A DNA stretch of 46,847 bases from Escherichia phage vB_EcoS_AHP42. Position numbers and translations under genes: made by a program. The number at the start of each line of letters is the position of its first letter. The stretch's first letter is position 1. Location: sequence record NC_024793.1. One strand, 5' to 3'. Under the pieces are notes generated by a model that was not told the origin of the DNA, ran no database searches, and was given only the letters and a program-made list of their open reading frames with translations. This document shows, piece by piece, positions 17,804-26,293 of the stretch.

Positions 17804-20800
17804 ATGGCACAAATGGTTAAACAAACAACGAGGTTATATGATATGGCCGATTTGCCAAAGATTTATGGAAGCAAGGGTGGTAGCAAGAAGCCGCACACGC
17901 CTGTAGAGCAAGAAGATAACCTGATTTCACTTAACAAGATTAAGGTGCTACTGGCTGTAGCTGATGGCGAAGTTGATTCTAGCTTCTCACTTAAGGATGT
18001 TTACCTTGCTGACGTTCCAGTACAGAACCAGGATAACTCATTCAACTATGAAGGTGTGACAGCTGAGTTTCGCGCCGGCACTCAATCCCAAGATTACATC
18101 GCAGGACTAGATGGCGCGGCATCAGAGATTCAGGTTAGTCGTGAAATTAACAACGACACACCTTACATCATCGCAGTTAACAACAGTCAGCTATCAGCAA
18201 TCCGCGTTAAACTGTTCTGGCCTCGGCTCGTTAAGCAAGAAGAGAATGGAGATTTAAATGGAACAACATGTGAATATGCAATCGATTTATCAGTTAATGG
18301 CGCAGCGTACACGGAATATACCAGAGGCGTGGCTAACGGTAAAACTACAACAGGTTACGACCGCAGCATCAGGGTTAACCTACCAGCCGAGTTTAGCAGC
18401 GCTCTTGTTCGTATTAGGAAGTTAACGCCAGACTCAACAAGTAGCACTCTGGTTAACGGAATGCAGATTACAACCTATCAGGAAGTAATCGACGCTAAGT
18501 TCCGCTACCCTCTTACGGCACTTGTTTATGTGGAGTTCAGTTCTGACCTGTTCCCTAATGGCATCCCAACGATAGCCATTAAGAAAAAGTGGAAGCTTAT
18601 CCGTGTGCCGACAAACTACAATCCAGAGACAAGGACTTATAGCGGCACATGGGATGGCACCTTTAAGATGGCATGGTCTGACAATCCTGCCTGGGTTTTA
18701 TATGACCTGGTGGTTAGTCAGCGTTATGGTTTAGATCAGCGTGAACTTGGTGTAGAGATTGATAAGTGGGGTCTGTATGAAGCTGCGCAATTCTGTGACC
18801 AAATGGTGCCAGATGGGAAGGGTGGAATGGAGCCGCGTTACACTTGCAACGTTGTTATACAGCAGAAGGTTGAGGCGTACCAACTGATACGTGATATATG
18901 CTCTATCTTTCGCGGATTGACTTTCTATGACGGCGAGCAAATCGGGATTGTAGTGGACAGGCCACGCCAACCTAGCTACGTATTCACTAATGATAACGTT
19001 GTTAATGGATTGTTTAACAGGACATTCTCTAGTGACAAGAGCCTGTACACGACAGCAAACGTTCAGTTTGATGACGTAGAGAACAACTATCAGCAAGATG
19101 TTGAGCCAGTATTTGACCTTGAGGCAACTCGGCGATTTGGTTACAACCCGGTAGACCTTACTGCAATTGGTTGCGTAAGGCGAAGCGAGGCTAACCGCCG
19201 TGGTCGTTGGTTGCTGAAAACAAACCTTCGAAGTGAAACGGTAACATTCACAACTGGCCTTGAGGGGATGATTCCGATGATTGGTGATGTAATTGCCGTT
19301 AATGACCAGGCTTGGTCAAGCAACTACACATTAAACCTTTCGGGTCGAATTGTTGAAGCTACAGGTTTGCAGGTGTTCGTGCCATTCGCTATTGATGCTG
19401 ACCCTGGCGACAGGATTTTAATCAACAAGCCAGATGGGAGCCCAGAGTACAGGACTATAGCTTCAGTATCTGCCGATAAGTTGACGCTTGAACTGAATAC
19501 AGCATTCAGCTTCACACCTCAGCCGGATACGGTATTTGCAATCGACAAGCAGAATCTGGCGTTGCAGCAATACGTTGTGACAGGAATTCAAAAAGCAAAC
19601 ACGGACGGCGAGGATTCATTCCAGTACAGCATCACTGCGGTGCAGTATGACCCGAACAAGTATGACGAGATTGACTATGGTGTGAATATTGACGACAGGC
19701 CAACAAGTATCGTTGACCCTGACAGGATTTTACCACCTGAAAATATCACCGTTACTAGTTACAGCAAGGTAGTTCAGGGTTTAAGCGTTGAGACGATGGT
19801 TATTGGTTACGACAAGGTGCAGTATGCGAAAACATACAACGTACAATGGCGTAAGAACAATGGTAACTGGATTAACGTACCAGAGACGGCTAACACCGAG
19901 GTTGATATTGAAGGAATTTACGCTGGCATCTACGACGTAAGGGTTCGTGCCGTAACTGACCAGAAATCAGTATCTGCCTGGTCTGATATAACGACAGTTA
20001 GCCTGACCGGCAAGATTGGGGAACCTTCGGCACCGCCTGTAATTACCGCATCTGATGATGAGGTTTTCGGGATTAGGGTTAAGTGGGGTTTTCCTACTGA
20101 TTCAGCTGACACTGCGTACACTGAGCTTCAGCATGTTCCTGATAATGGTGACGGTACATACAATCCAGAGAGCGCATCGCTGCTTACACTGGTTCCGTAT
20201 CCTCAGTACGAATACTGGCACACCACTTTACCAGCAGGTAACGTGAGGTGGTACAGAGCGAGGATTATTGACAGGATAGGTAACGTATCGCCATGGACTG
20301 ATTTTGTAAGGGGCATGGCATCTGACGACGTAAGTGCAATAATTGGTGATATCAAGGTTGATATCGAAAACTCTGATGGTTACAAGTACCTACTTCAGAA
20401 CGCCATTGATGCAAACACGGATATCCAGAATCAGGCTGAGGCAATTATAGAGAACGCCCTGGCAAACGATACTGACGTTCGCGTTATGAAGCGCGAGAAT
20501 GGCGCAAGGAAGGCTGAATATCGTCAGGCTGTAAGTTTGATTGCTGATGAAACTCAGGCACGTGTGGACGCTCTCACGCAGCTTAAAGCGCAGATTGATG
20601 ATGAGATTGTTGGTCAGATTACGACAATTGAAACCGCGCTTGCTACGGAGACCGAAGCCAGGGCTACAGCTGATACTCAATTAAGCGCAAGGCTTGGTGA
20701 TAACGAGGCGGCTTTGAATCAGAAGCTTGACTCTTACGCTACGGTTGAAGGGGTTGGTGTTCAGTACGGCGTTAAGCTTGGCCTGAAGTACAATGGAGTT

Positions 20801-21229
20801 GAGTACGGCGCTGGAATGAGCATGGAGTTAACTGGTAGTGGTGGAAATGTTTGTAGTCAGTTTATTTTTGATGCTAACAGGTTCGCAATCAGTAACGGCA
20901 TTAGTTCTGGTTCCGGTCAGTGGTCGTTACCTTTCGTTGTCGAGAATAACCAAGTATTCATCCAAAGCGCGGTGATTCAGGACGGTTCAATCACTAACGC
21001 GAAGATTGGAAACCGCATTCAATCAAACAACTATGTTCAGGGTAGTCAAGGTTGGGCTATTGATAAGGCAGGGAGCGCAGAACTAAACAACGCGACAGTA
21101 AGGGGGAGCTTGTACGCAAGTAACGGTAACTTCGCCTTTAACGGAACCAACAATACTGTCGTTATAAACAACAACGGAATCACGGTTAACTTGCCAAATG
21201 GAGGTAGGGTAGTGGTTGGAGTATGGTAA
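17804..21229 (+). CDS. central tail fiber / host specificity protein (lambda J-like)
   Basis: 1141 aa, last gene of the tail operon, followed by a bidirectional terminator. Confidence 0.85.
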   Translation: MAQMVKQTTRLYDMADLPKIYGSKGGSKKPHTPVEQEDNLISLNKIKVLLAVADGEVDSSFSLKDVYLADVPVQNQDNSFNYEGVTAEFRAGTQSQDYIAGLDGAASEIQVSREINNDTPYIIAVNNSQLSAIRVKLFWPRLVKQEENGDLNGTTCEYAIDLSVNGAAYTEYTRGVANGKTTTGYDRSIRVNLPAEFSSALVRIRKLTPDSTSSTLVNGMQITTYQEVIDAKFRYPLTALVYVEFSSDLFPNGIPTIAIKKKWKLIRVPTNYNPETRTYSGTWDGTFKMAWSDNPAWVLYDLVVSQRYGLDQRELGVEIDKWGLYEAAQFCDQMVPDGKGGMEPRYTCNVVIQQKVEAYQLIRDICSIFRGLTFYDGEQIGIVVDRPRQPSYVFTNDNVVNGLFNRTFSSDKSLYTTANVQFDDVENNYQQDVEPVFDLEATRRFGYNPVDLTAIGCVRRSEANRRGRWLLKTNLRSETVTFTTGLEGMIPMIGDVIAVNDQAWSSNYTLNLSGRIVEATGLQVFVPFAIDADPGDRILINKPDGSPEYRTIASVSADKLTLELNTAFSFTPQPDTVFAIDKQNLALQQYVVTGIQKANTDGEDSFQYSITAVQYDPNKYDEIDYGVNIDDRPTSIVDPDRILPPENITVTSYSKVVQGLSVETMVIGYDKVQYAKTYNVQWRKNNGNWINVPETANTEVDIEGIYAGIYDVRVRAVTDQKSVSAWSDITTVSLTGKIGEPSAPPVITASDDEVFGIRVKWGFPTDSADTAYTELQHVPDNGDGTYNPESASLLTLVPYPQYEYWHTTLPAGNVRWYRARIIDRIGNVSPWTDFVRGMASDDVSAIIGDIKVDIENSDGYKYLLQNAIDANTDIQNQAEAIIENALANDTDVRVMKRENGARKAEYRQAVSLIADETQARVDALTQLKAQIDDEIVGQITTIETALATETEARATADTQLSARLGDNEAALNQKLDSYATVEGVGVQYGVKLGLKYNGVEYGAGMSMELTGSGGNVCSQFIFDANRFAISNGISSGSGQWSLPFVVENNQVFIQSAVIQDGSITNAKIGNRIQSNNYVQGSQGWAIDKAGSAELNNATVRGSLYASNGNFAFNGTNNTVVINNNGITVNLPNGGRVVVGVW

Positions 21230-21234
21230 ATGAT

Positions 21235-21260
21235 CAAGCCCCTTTCGGGGGCTTTTTCTT
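21235..21260. terminator. bidirectional terminator between convergent J-like and minus-strand genes
   Basis: AGCCCC-TTTCG-GGGGCT flanked by A/T runs on both sides. Confidence 0.75.
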
Positions 21261-22223
21261 TTAGTAGAAGCTAGGAATAAATGGGAGTGCCATTGATATG
21301 TTTGTATCAAATGGGAATTGTGCGCCAGTTTGAGTTGAATAGTTACCTATAACAGTACCAGGAACAGCTCTAACTGAACCGCCAGACATGCAAATACCCT
21401 TGTATCGTAAGTTATTATATCCACCAGTGACTCTAGTTGTCGCTCCACATCTAAGTATTGGGAAGAACCCACCATTCACTGACTGGTAACCATTATTAAT
21501 CTGCATAAATCCACTTAGAACAAATGGCCTCCTGACGCTAGAGAAAACTATCTGCCCAGCGCTGTTTGATATCGTTAAACCCGGACCAGCTACTGGAGGT
21601 GTATTATTGAAAATAACTAACTGAACGTAAGTACTTGCAGCAACATCATCAATCCCATTGTATGTTATATCCCTACACCATATCGTACTACCATCACTTT
21701 CAAGGGATACGTTTGGGTTATCCCATTTACCAAAAGGAATGCCGCCAACTGGCAATGATGCAGAGCCATTAACCTGGATGCCACCAACCCAAGCAGCAGT
21801 CATTAATCTGGAATTGCTTGATATCGCTGTAAAGTCAGTCGAGTTCTCAACAAGGACACCGGGGCTTGATTGTGATGATGCTGGTAAAATCTCAAAGCAC
21901 TGACCGCCAAACTGCAATATGCGACCATTAGCGCCGTTAAAGTTACTTAATGTAATCCTTCCAACCCCATCATTAACCTTCGAGAACCCATTCATGTAAT
22001 AAACTTCTGGTATAACATCATATGCATCAACATAAACAGCCTGAGTTGGCAGGCAGAATGCTGTTGAGCCAGGAGTCATAGTCAGACCGAAATCCCATGA
22101 TGATGCTGGTGAGCTTAACCCGCTAGTGTTTATTGAACCAGTCACGGCTGGAACTCTCAAGCCAGCTGTGATTTCCATTGCTGGCCTTCCGTCATTCAAA
22201 TCTATCAAGATACCTTGAGGCAT
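21261..22223 (-). CDS. hypothetical Ser/Gly/Asn-rich protein (possible receptor-binding or exclusion partner)
   Basis: 320 aa from the ATG at 22223 (AAGGAG RBS); overlaps the upstream lipoprotein stop by 1 nt (TAATG); convergent with the J-like gene. Confidence 0.45.
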   Translation of the reverse strand: MPQGILIDLNDGRPAMEITAGLRVPAVTGSINTSGLSSPASSWDFGLTMTPGSTAFCLPTQAVYVDAYDVIPEVYYMNGFSKVNDGVGRITLSNFNGANGRILQFGGQCFEILPASSQSSPGVLVENSTDFTAISSNSRLMTAAWVGGIQVNGSASLPVGGIPFGKWDNPNVSLESDGSTIWCRDITYNGIDDVAASTYVQLVIFNNTPPVAGPGLTISNSAGQIVFSSVRRPFVLSGFMQINNGYQSVNGGFFPILRCGATTRVTGGYNNLRYKGICMSGGSVRAVPGTVIGNYSTQTGAQFPFDTNISMALPFIPSFY

Positions 22224-22468
22224 TATTTCCACTCCTTTGAGCCGTGATCTGCAACTGAGCCGCCGTAGCCTCCGCCAACCTTTGACTCAATGCCAGCATA
22301 ACGAATATCAACCTCTCCAGCTGCAACAATAACACCACCTTTCCACTTAGCTACGCAAACATCACCCGCCTGAGTCGCACACCATCCGTCAGGGCGCGGA
22401 CCAGAAGAACAACCTACCGTCATGATTACTGCTGCTGCGATGATTGCTGATTTGATGAAGTTAGTCAT
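22223..22468 (-). CDS. small lipoprotein, Cor-like superinfection exclusion candidate
   Basis: 81 aa with lipoprotein signal [22 protein letters not shown]; first gene of a minus-strand unit driven by a palindrome-associated promoter; next to tail-tip genes as cor is in T1/phi80-like phages. Confidence 0.5.
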   Translation of the reverse strand: MTNFIKSAIIAAAVIMTVGCSSGPRPDGWCATQAGDVCVAKWKGGVIVAAGEVDIRYAGIESKVGGGYGGSVADHGSKEWK

Positions 22469-22508
22469 TTTGTATTCCTTAGTAAGTATGTTTCGTTTCG
22501 ATGGAGTA

Positions 22509-22553
22509 ACTATAGCAAAGGCTTCTGCTGGAGTCTTTAGCAAATCGTGCTAT
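22509..22553 (-). promoter_or_regulatory. dyad-associated promoter (minus strand) for the Cor-like operon
   Basis: Minus strand: TAGCAC-gat-TTGCTA, 22 nt, TGcTATAGT, then TCCATCGAAACGAAAC leader. Confidence 0.55.
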
Positions 22554-22650
22554 TTGATATACGCGTAACCGATGTAACTCGATGTATACAATCTCATACG
22601 CGGAAAATTGTATACGCTTTTTACGCGAAGATACGCATTATTTACACTAT

Positions 22651-22730
22651 AGAATCCTTATATAATAAGGGTTTAGAGTAATTATTATTATTACTATATT
22701 TGTTTGTATATAGTGTAACTACTCTCTATA
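22651..22730. repeat. AT-rich repeat block A, homologous to 42346..42440
   Basis: TCCTTATATAATAAGGGTTTAGAGTAATTATTATTATTACTATAT...TGTATATAGTGTA; preceded by four ATACGC repeats at 22558..22636. Confidence 0.6.
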
Positions 22731-23016
22731 GCTATGTTGGTGTGTTTTTCTAAAAGACTATGTTTGATTTCCTGTTAAGGAGGAAATGCATATAGATATA
22801 GATAGGGTGCAAAAGTGGTGGATACATTGGTTACAAGAGTTACACTCAGTATCCATGCGGCGTACAGAGTCGCAAGACGTATTCAGGTGCGTTTTACGTA
22901 GATATACAGATAGCACGAATAATCAAAACTGATGCTTCCTGATTGGTTATAGTGCACTCACCGGCAGCAGTGGTGCTGCTTTTGATGCAAAAAAAACTGC
23001 ACCACAAAATCCGGGA

Positions 23017-23766
23017 GTGAAAATAATTCAACCCCAAAAACTAGAGATGATAGATATGAATCTGATTAATATTGATGAAAACGTAACCATGAGCAGCCTT
23101 GAGATTGCTGAATTGACCGGGAAGCGTCACGATAACGTAGTAAGGGATACTAGAGAAATGCTGAATGATAATGAGATATGCTCAGGATTTAGCCAATCTC
23201 ACTCCTCAAATTTGAGGAGTGAAATTCAAAATGAATCTCGCGGCTCAAATGTGGACCGCCAGATTAAACACCCATTTGAATCTGAGTACAAAAACTCAAG
23301 AGGCCAAACTCAGCCATGCTTCAACTTACCATATCGTGAAACCATGATTTTGATGGTTGGTTACAACAGAAAGGTAGCCGCAAAGATTGTTGACCGCTGG
23401 CTACACCTTGAGCTGGAAAACAAGCTCCTTAAAGAGCACATGAAGAAGATGGTTTCACTTGATGAGGTTAAGGTTTACAAAGTTGAGACGGCATCAGCAA
23501 AGGCTGCACAGCACAGAGCTGAGGATAACTATTACGCAATTGAGAAGTTCATGTTTAAGAACATGGATAAGTGCGAAAATCCTGCAGAACTTGATGAGCA
23601 ATACTTCGATGTTAAATTCGAGTCAAATCGTTACCATGACTCTCAAGAGTTGGTTTACAAGTACCAGGCTCAGCTTGAGGTTGCTTGCGAGAAGTTAAAG
23701 GCTAAAGATGATCTGATTGCCAATCTGGTGCATAAAGGCGAACCGCTTAAGCTTGGTAAAAAGTAA
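23017..23766 (+). CDS. Rha-family phage regulatory protein
   Basis: N-terminal TMSSLEIAELTGKRHDNVVRDTREML and LPYRETMILMVGYNRKVAAKIVDRW resemble the Rha domain. True start may be an internal ATG at 23047 or 23056. Confidence 0.65.
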   Translation: MKIIQPQKLEMIDMNLINIDENVTMSSLEIAELTGKRHDNVVRDTREMLNDNEICSGFSQSHSSNLRSEIQNESRGSNVDRQIKHPFESEYKNSRGQTQPCFNLPYRETMILMVGYNRKVAAKIVDRWLHLELENKLLKEHMKKMVSLDEVKVYKVETASAKAAQHRAEDNYYAIEKFMFKNMDKCENPAELDEQYFDVKFESNRYHDSQELVYKYQAQLEVACEKLKAKDDLIANLVHKGEPLKLGKK

Positions 23767-23918
23767 TCAGTAAACAAAAACGCTTCCAGTACAGGAAACA
23801 AAAATGTTGACTGTACGGTCAATAAAAATGTTGACCGTTAACTAATAGGCAAAACCAATTGGATAAACTTAGCTACGGATGTCATAGTTAAACCACATAA
23901 ACAGAGAGAGATAGAAAA

Positions 23919-24113
23919 ATGGCATACTTCATTATTCAAGAGCGAAATAACCCTATTTTCGGAACATGTTACTACTGTGTAGATGGCTCAGGTTACACAA
24001 GCAATAAATCAGAGGCAGCAAGATTTGAGACAAAGCAGGAAGCTATTGAATACGCCCACGTGACAGATGAGGAGCTTGGTTCAGTAATGAAGATTATTAA
24101 GGTGAAGGAATAA
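23919..24113 (+). CDS. hypothetical protein
   Basis: 64 aa with RBS; stop closely precedes the exonuclease start. Confidence 0.45.
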   Translation: MAYFIIQERNNPIFGTCYYCVDGSGYTSNKSEAARFETKQEAIEYAHVTDEELGSVMKIIKVKE

Positions 24114-24116
24114 ATC

Positions 24117-25085
24117 ATGAGCTTCAAGGTTTACACTAGCGACGAGTTAACCAACGAAGCCTACCACAAGGAGTCAGACCATGTGTCTGGCTCTGGTCTG
24201 GCTCACATCTTCTCAACTTGCCCCGCTGCTTATAAGTTTGCAGAGCATGATGATAGCAATAAGGCGTTAAAGTTCGGTACATTAGCCCACACGGTTATTC
24301 TTGAAAACTATGTATTCGATGCGACTTACTATCGCCAGCCAGCGCAAGAAGAGTTTGAGGATCTGATTACTAGCAAGACTGCTTTGGCAACTCGGTTGAA
24401 GTCGATGGGTATTGCTGGAACATCTGGTAAGGATTATCCAGAATTAATGGAGATTCTGGCGCTGAGCGGTGAATCACTTAACGTATGGTGGGATATTCAG
24501 CGCTCTAGCGAGGTTAAAGCGAACGGTCGCGAGATTGTATCAGCTAAAGACTTTGACACAGTACATGCGATGCGAGAGGTGCTGTGCGGCATTCCTGCAT
24601 ACAATGCGATAGTGAACAGTAAAACCGCTCAGCGAGAGTTATCAATCTTCGGTGAGATTAACGAGTGCGGCGTTAAGGTTCGTCTTGACCATGTCGATGT
24701 CGTTGATGATGTAGTTTATATCCGTGACTACAAGACGACTAGCGACGCATCTCCATCTGGATTTGGGAGATTGGCCTTCAAGCATGGTTACTTGCTAAAA
24801 ATGGCGCTTCAGCATGATTTGTTTGTTCGCGCCTTTAATGAGAAGCGTCGAGTTGTTGTTCAGCTTCTTTGCCAGGAAAAGAAAAGCCCATTCCTTCCAA
24901 TGTGCTACACGATAACAAAAGAGCACTTAAAGGTTGGTAGATTGCAATACATGAGCGCCCTATCCACATACAAGCAATGCAAGAAACTTGATATTTGGCC
25001 TGGTTACGGATTTGGCGAAACAGAGATGGAACTGCAAGTTCCTGAGTATGAGATGAAGAAGTACGAAGATAGCACGAATAGCTAA
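24117..25085 (+). CDS. putative PD-(D/E)XK recombination exonuclease
   Basis: 322 aa with a D...D-x-K-like core (DHVDVVDDVVYIRDYKTT); immediately upstream of the Erf-like and SSB genes. Confidence 0.55.
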   Translation: MSFKVYTSDELTNEAYHKESDHVSGSGLAHIFSTCPAAYKFAEHDDSNKALKFGTLAHTVILENYVFDATYYRQPAQEEFEDLITSKTALATRLKSMGIAGTSGKDYPELMEILALSGESLNVWWDIQRSSEVKANGREIVSAKDFDTVHAMREVLCGIPAYNAIVNSKTAQRELSIFGEINECGVKVRLDHVDVVDDVVYIRDYKTTSDASPSGFGRLAFKHGYLLKMALQHDLFVRAFNEKRRVVVQLLCQEKKSPFLPMCYTITKEHLKVGRLQYMSALSTYKQCKKLDIWPGYGFGETEMELQVPEYEMKKYEDSTNS

Positions 25086-25112
25086 AACGGTATTAAATCG
25101 ATGGGGTATAGT
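25070..25112 (+). promoter_or_regulatory. dyad-associated promoter upstream of the Erf-like gene
   Basis: TAGCAC-gaa-TAGCTA overlapping the exonuclease stop, 22 nt, TATAGT at 25107..25112, then CTCATCGACAACAAAGAGAG. Confidence 0.55.
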
Positions 25113-25141
25113 TACCTCATCGACAACAAAGAGAGATAGAA

Positions 25142-25789
25142 ATGAAGACTTCAGAGAGTAACAAAACAGTTTTACAGGCACTATTTAAAGCTCGCACAGG
25201 ATTTGCGAAGGCAGCAAGAGACAAGCAGAACAGTCACCTAAAGAATAGATACGCAACACTTGATTCCATGCTGGAGGCTGTAATCCCAGCACTTGATGAT
25301 AACGACTTAATGATTATGCAGAGCATGTTAGAAACATCAACTGCTGACAATCTTAACGTAGAGACGACTCTCTATCACGTTTCTGGCGAGTGGGTTAGCT
25401 TCTTCATGATTATGCCAATCGTTAAGAAAGACCCGCAAGGAGTAGGATCTGCATTTACATACGCTCGGCGTTACTCACTAGCGGCGGCTTTGGGAATTAG
25501 TCAGTCTGACGATGATGCGCAGATGGCAGTTAAGAGCGTCAAGGACTGGAAGCGCGATATTGAGAAGGCAGAAACTCGAGAAGAGCTTATCGAAATCTAC
25601 AAATCATGCAAATCACAAGCTGACACGGCAACGTGGGGTATAGTAGAGAAAGCGATAATAGATAAACAAGCAGAGATCAAAATGGCTTCCGCAAGTGGCT
25701 TCAACCCAGCTAAGCCAAAGGAAGTTGCTAAAAAAGTTGCAAACGCAACTAATGAAGTAGTAGAATCACAATCAATCGAGCAGTTCTAA
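25142..25789 (+). CDS. Erf-like single-strand annealing protein
   Basis: 215 aa; N-terminal region (KNRYATLDSMLEAVIPALDDNDL) resembles the ERF family; sits between the exonuclease and SSB. Confidence 0.55.
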   Translation: MKTSESNKTVLQALFKARTGFAKAARDKQNSHLKNRYATLDSMLEAVIPALDDNDLMIMQSMLETSTADNLNVETTLYHVSGEWVSFFMIMPIVKKDPQGVGSAFTYARRYSLAAALGISQSDDDAQMAVKSVKDWKRDIEKAETREELIEIYKSCKSQADTATWGIVEKAIIDKQAEIKMASASGFNPAKPKEVAKKVANATNEVVESQSIEQF

Positions 25790-25836
25790 ACTAAACGGGG
25801 CTTCGGCCCCAAAATCAAACGAGAAGAGAATATAAA

Positions 25837-26259
25837 ATGCATACTTTAACAGGCGTAATTCGTAAGGCTCCTTTCACTAAAGATGGTCAGAACGCCAAGG
25901 GTAACTGGAAGATGTACGCTATCGAAATGAGCGAATCTTATAAAACACGAGATGGAGAGCGTAAGTATAGTAATTATCGAGCTACCTTCTTTGCTAGCGA
26001 GGCGCAAATTAGCTGGTATGACGAAGCATTTCAGGAAGGAAAAGTTATCTCTGTGAGCGGCGATTCATTAGCGGTTAATGAGCGCGAACATAATGGCAAG
26101 ACATATATTACGCTTGAGTTGCAGAATCCTCGATTGATGTTTAGTCAGCGAGGAGGTGAATCAGAACAGCAGCAGCAGCGACAACAAGCTCAACAGCAAC
26201 AGAGACAGCAGCCGCAGCAACAAAGCCGATTTAGTGATGAAGATGATATTCCGTTTTAA
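25837..26259 (+). CDS. ssb: single-stranded DNA-binding protein
   Basis: 140 aa with OB-fold-like N-terminus, Gln-rich linker and the canonical acidic tail DEDDIPF. Confidence 0.85.
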   Translation: MHTLTGVIRKAPFTKDGQNAKGNWKMYAIEMSESYKTRDGERKYSNYRATFFASEAQISWYDEAFQEGKVISVSGDSLAVNEREHNGKTYITLELQNPRLMFSQRGGESEQQQQRQQAQQQQRQQPQQQSRFSDEDDIPF

Positions 26260-26267
26260 TGCAAAAG

Positions 26268-26293
26268 ATAAAGCCCCTTTCGGGGCTTTTTTA
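26268..26293. terminator. bidirectional terminator between SSB and the tailspike gene
   Basis: AAGCCCC-TTTCG-GGGCTTTTTT with an A-run on the other side. Confidence 0.75.

Noticed and set aside
26161-26225. CAG/CAA-rich nucleotide run that looks like a simple sequence repeat.
   Set aside because: It encodes the Gln-rich flexible linker of SSB; coding low complexity, not a repeat element or CRISPR-like array.
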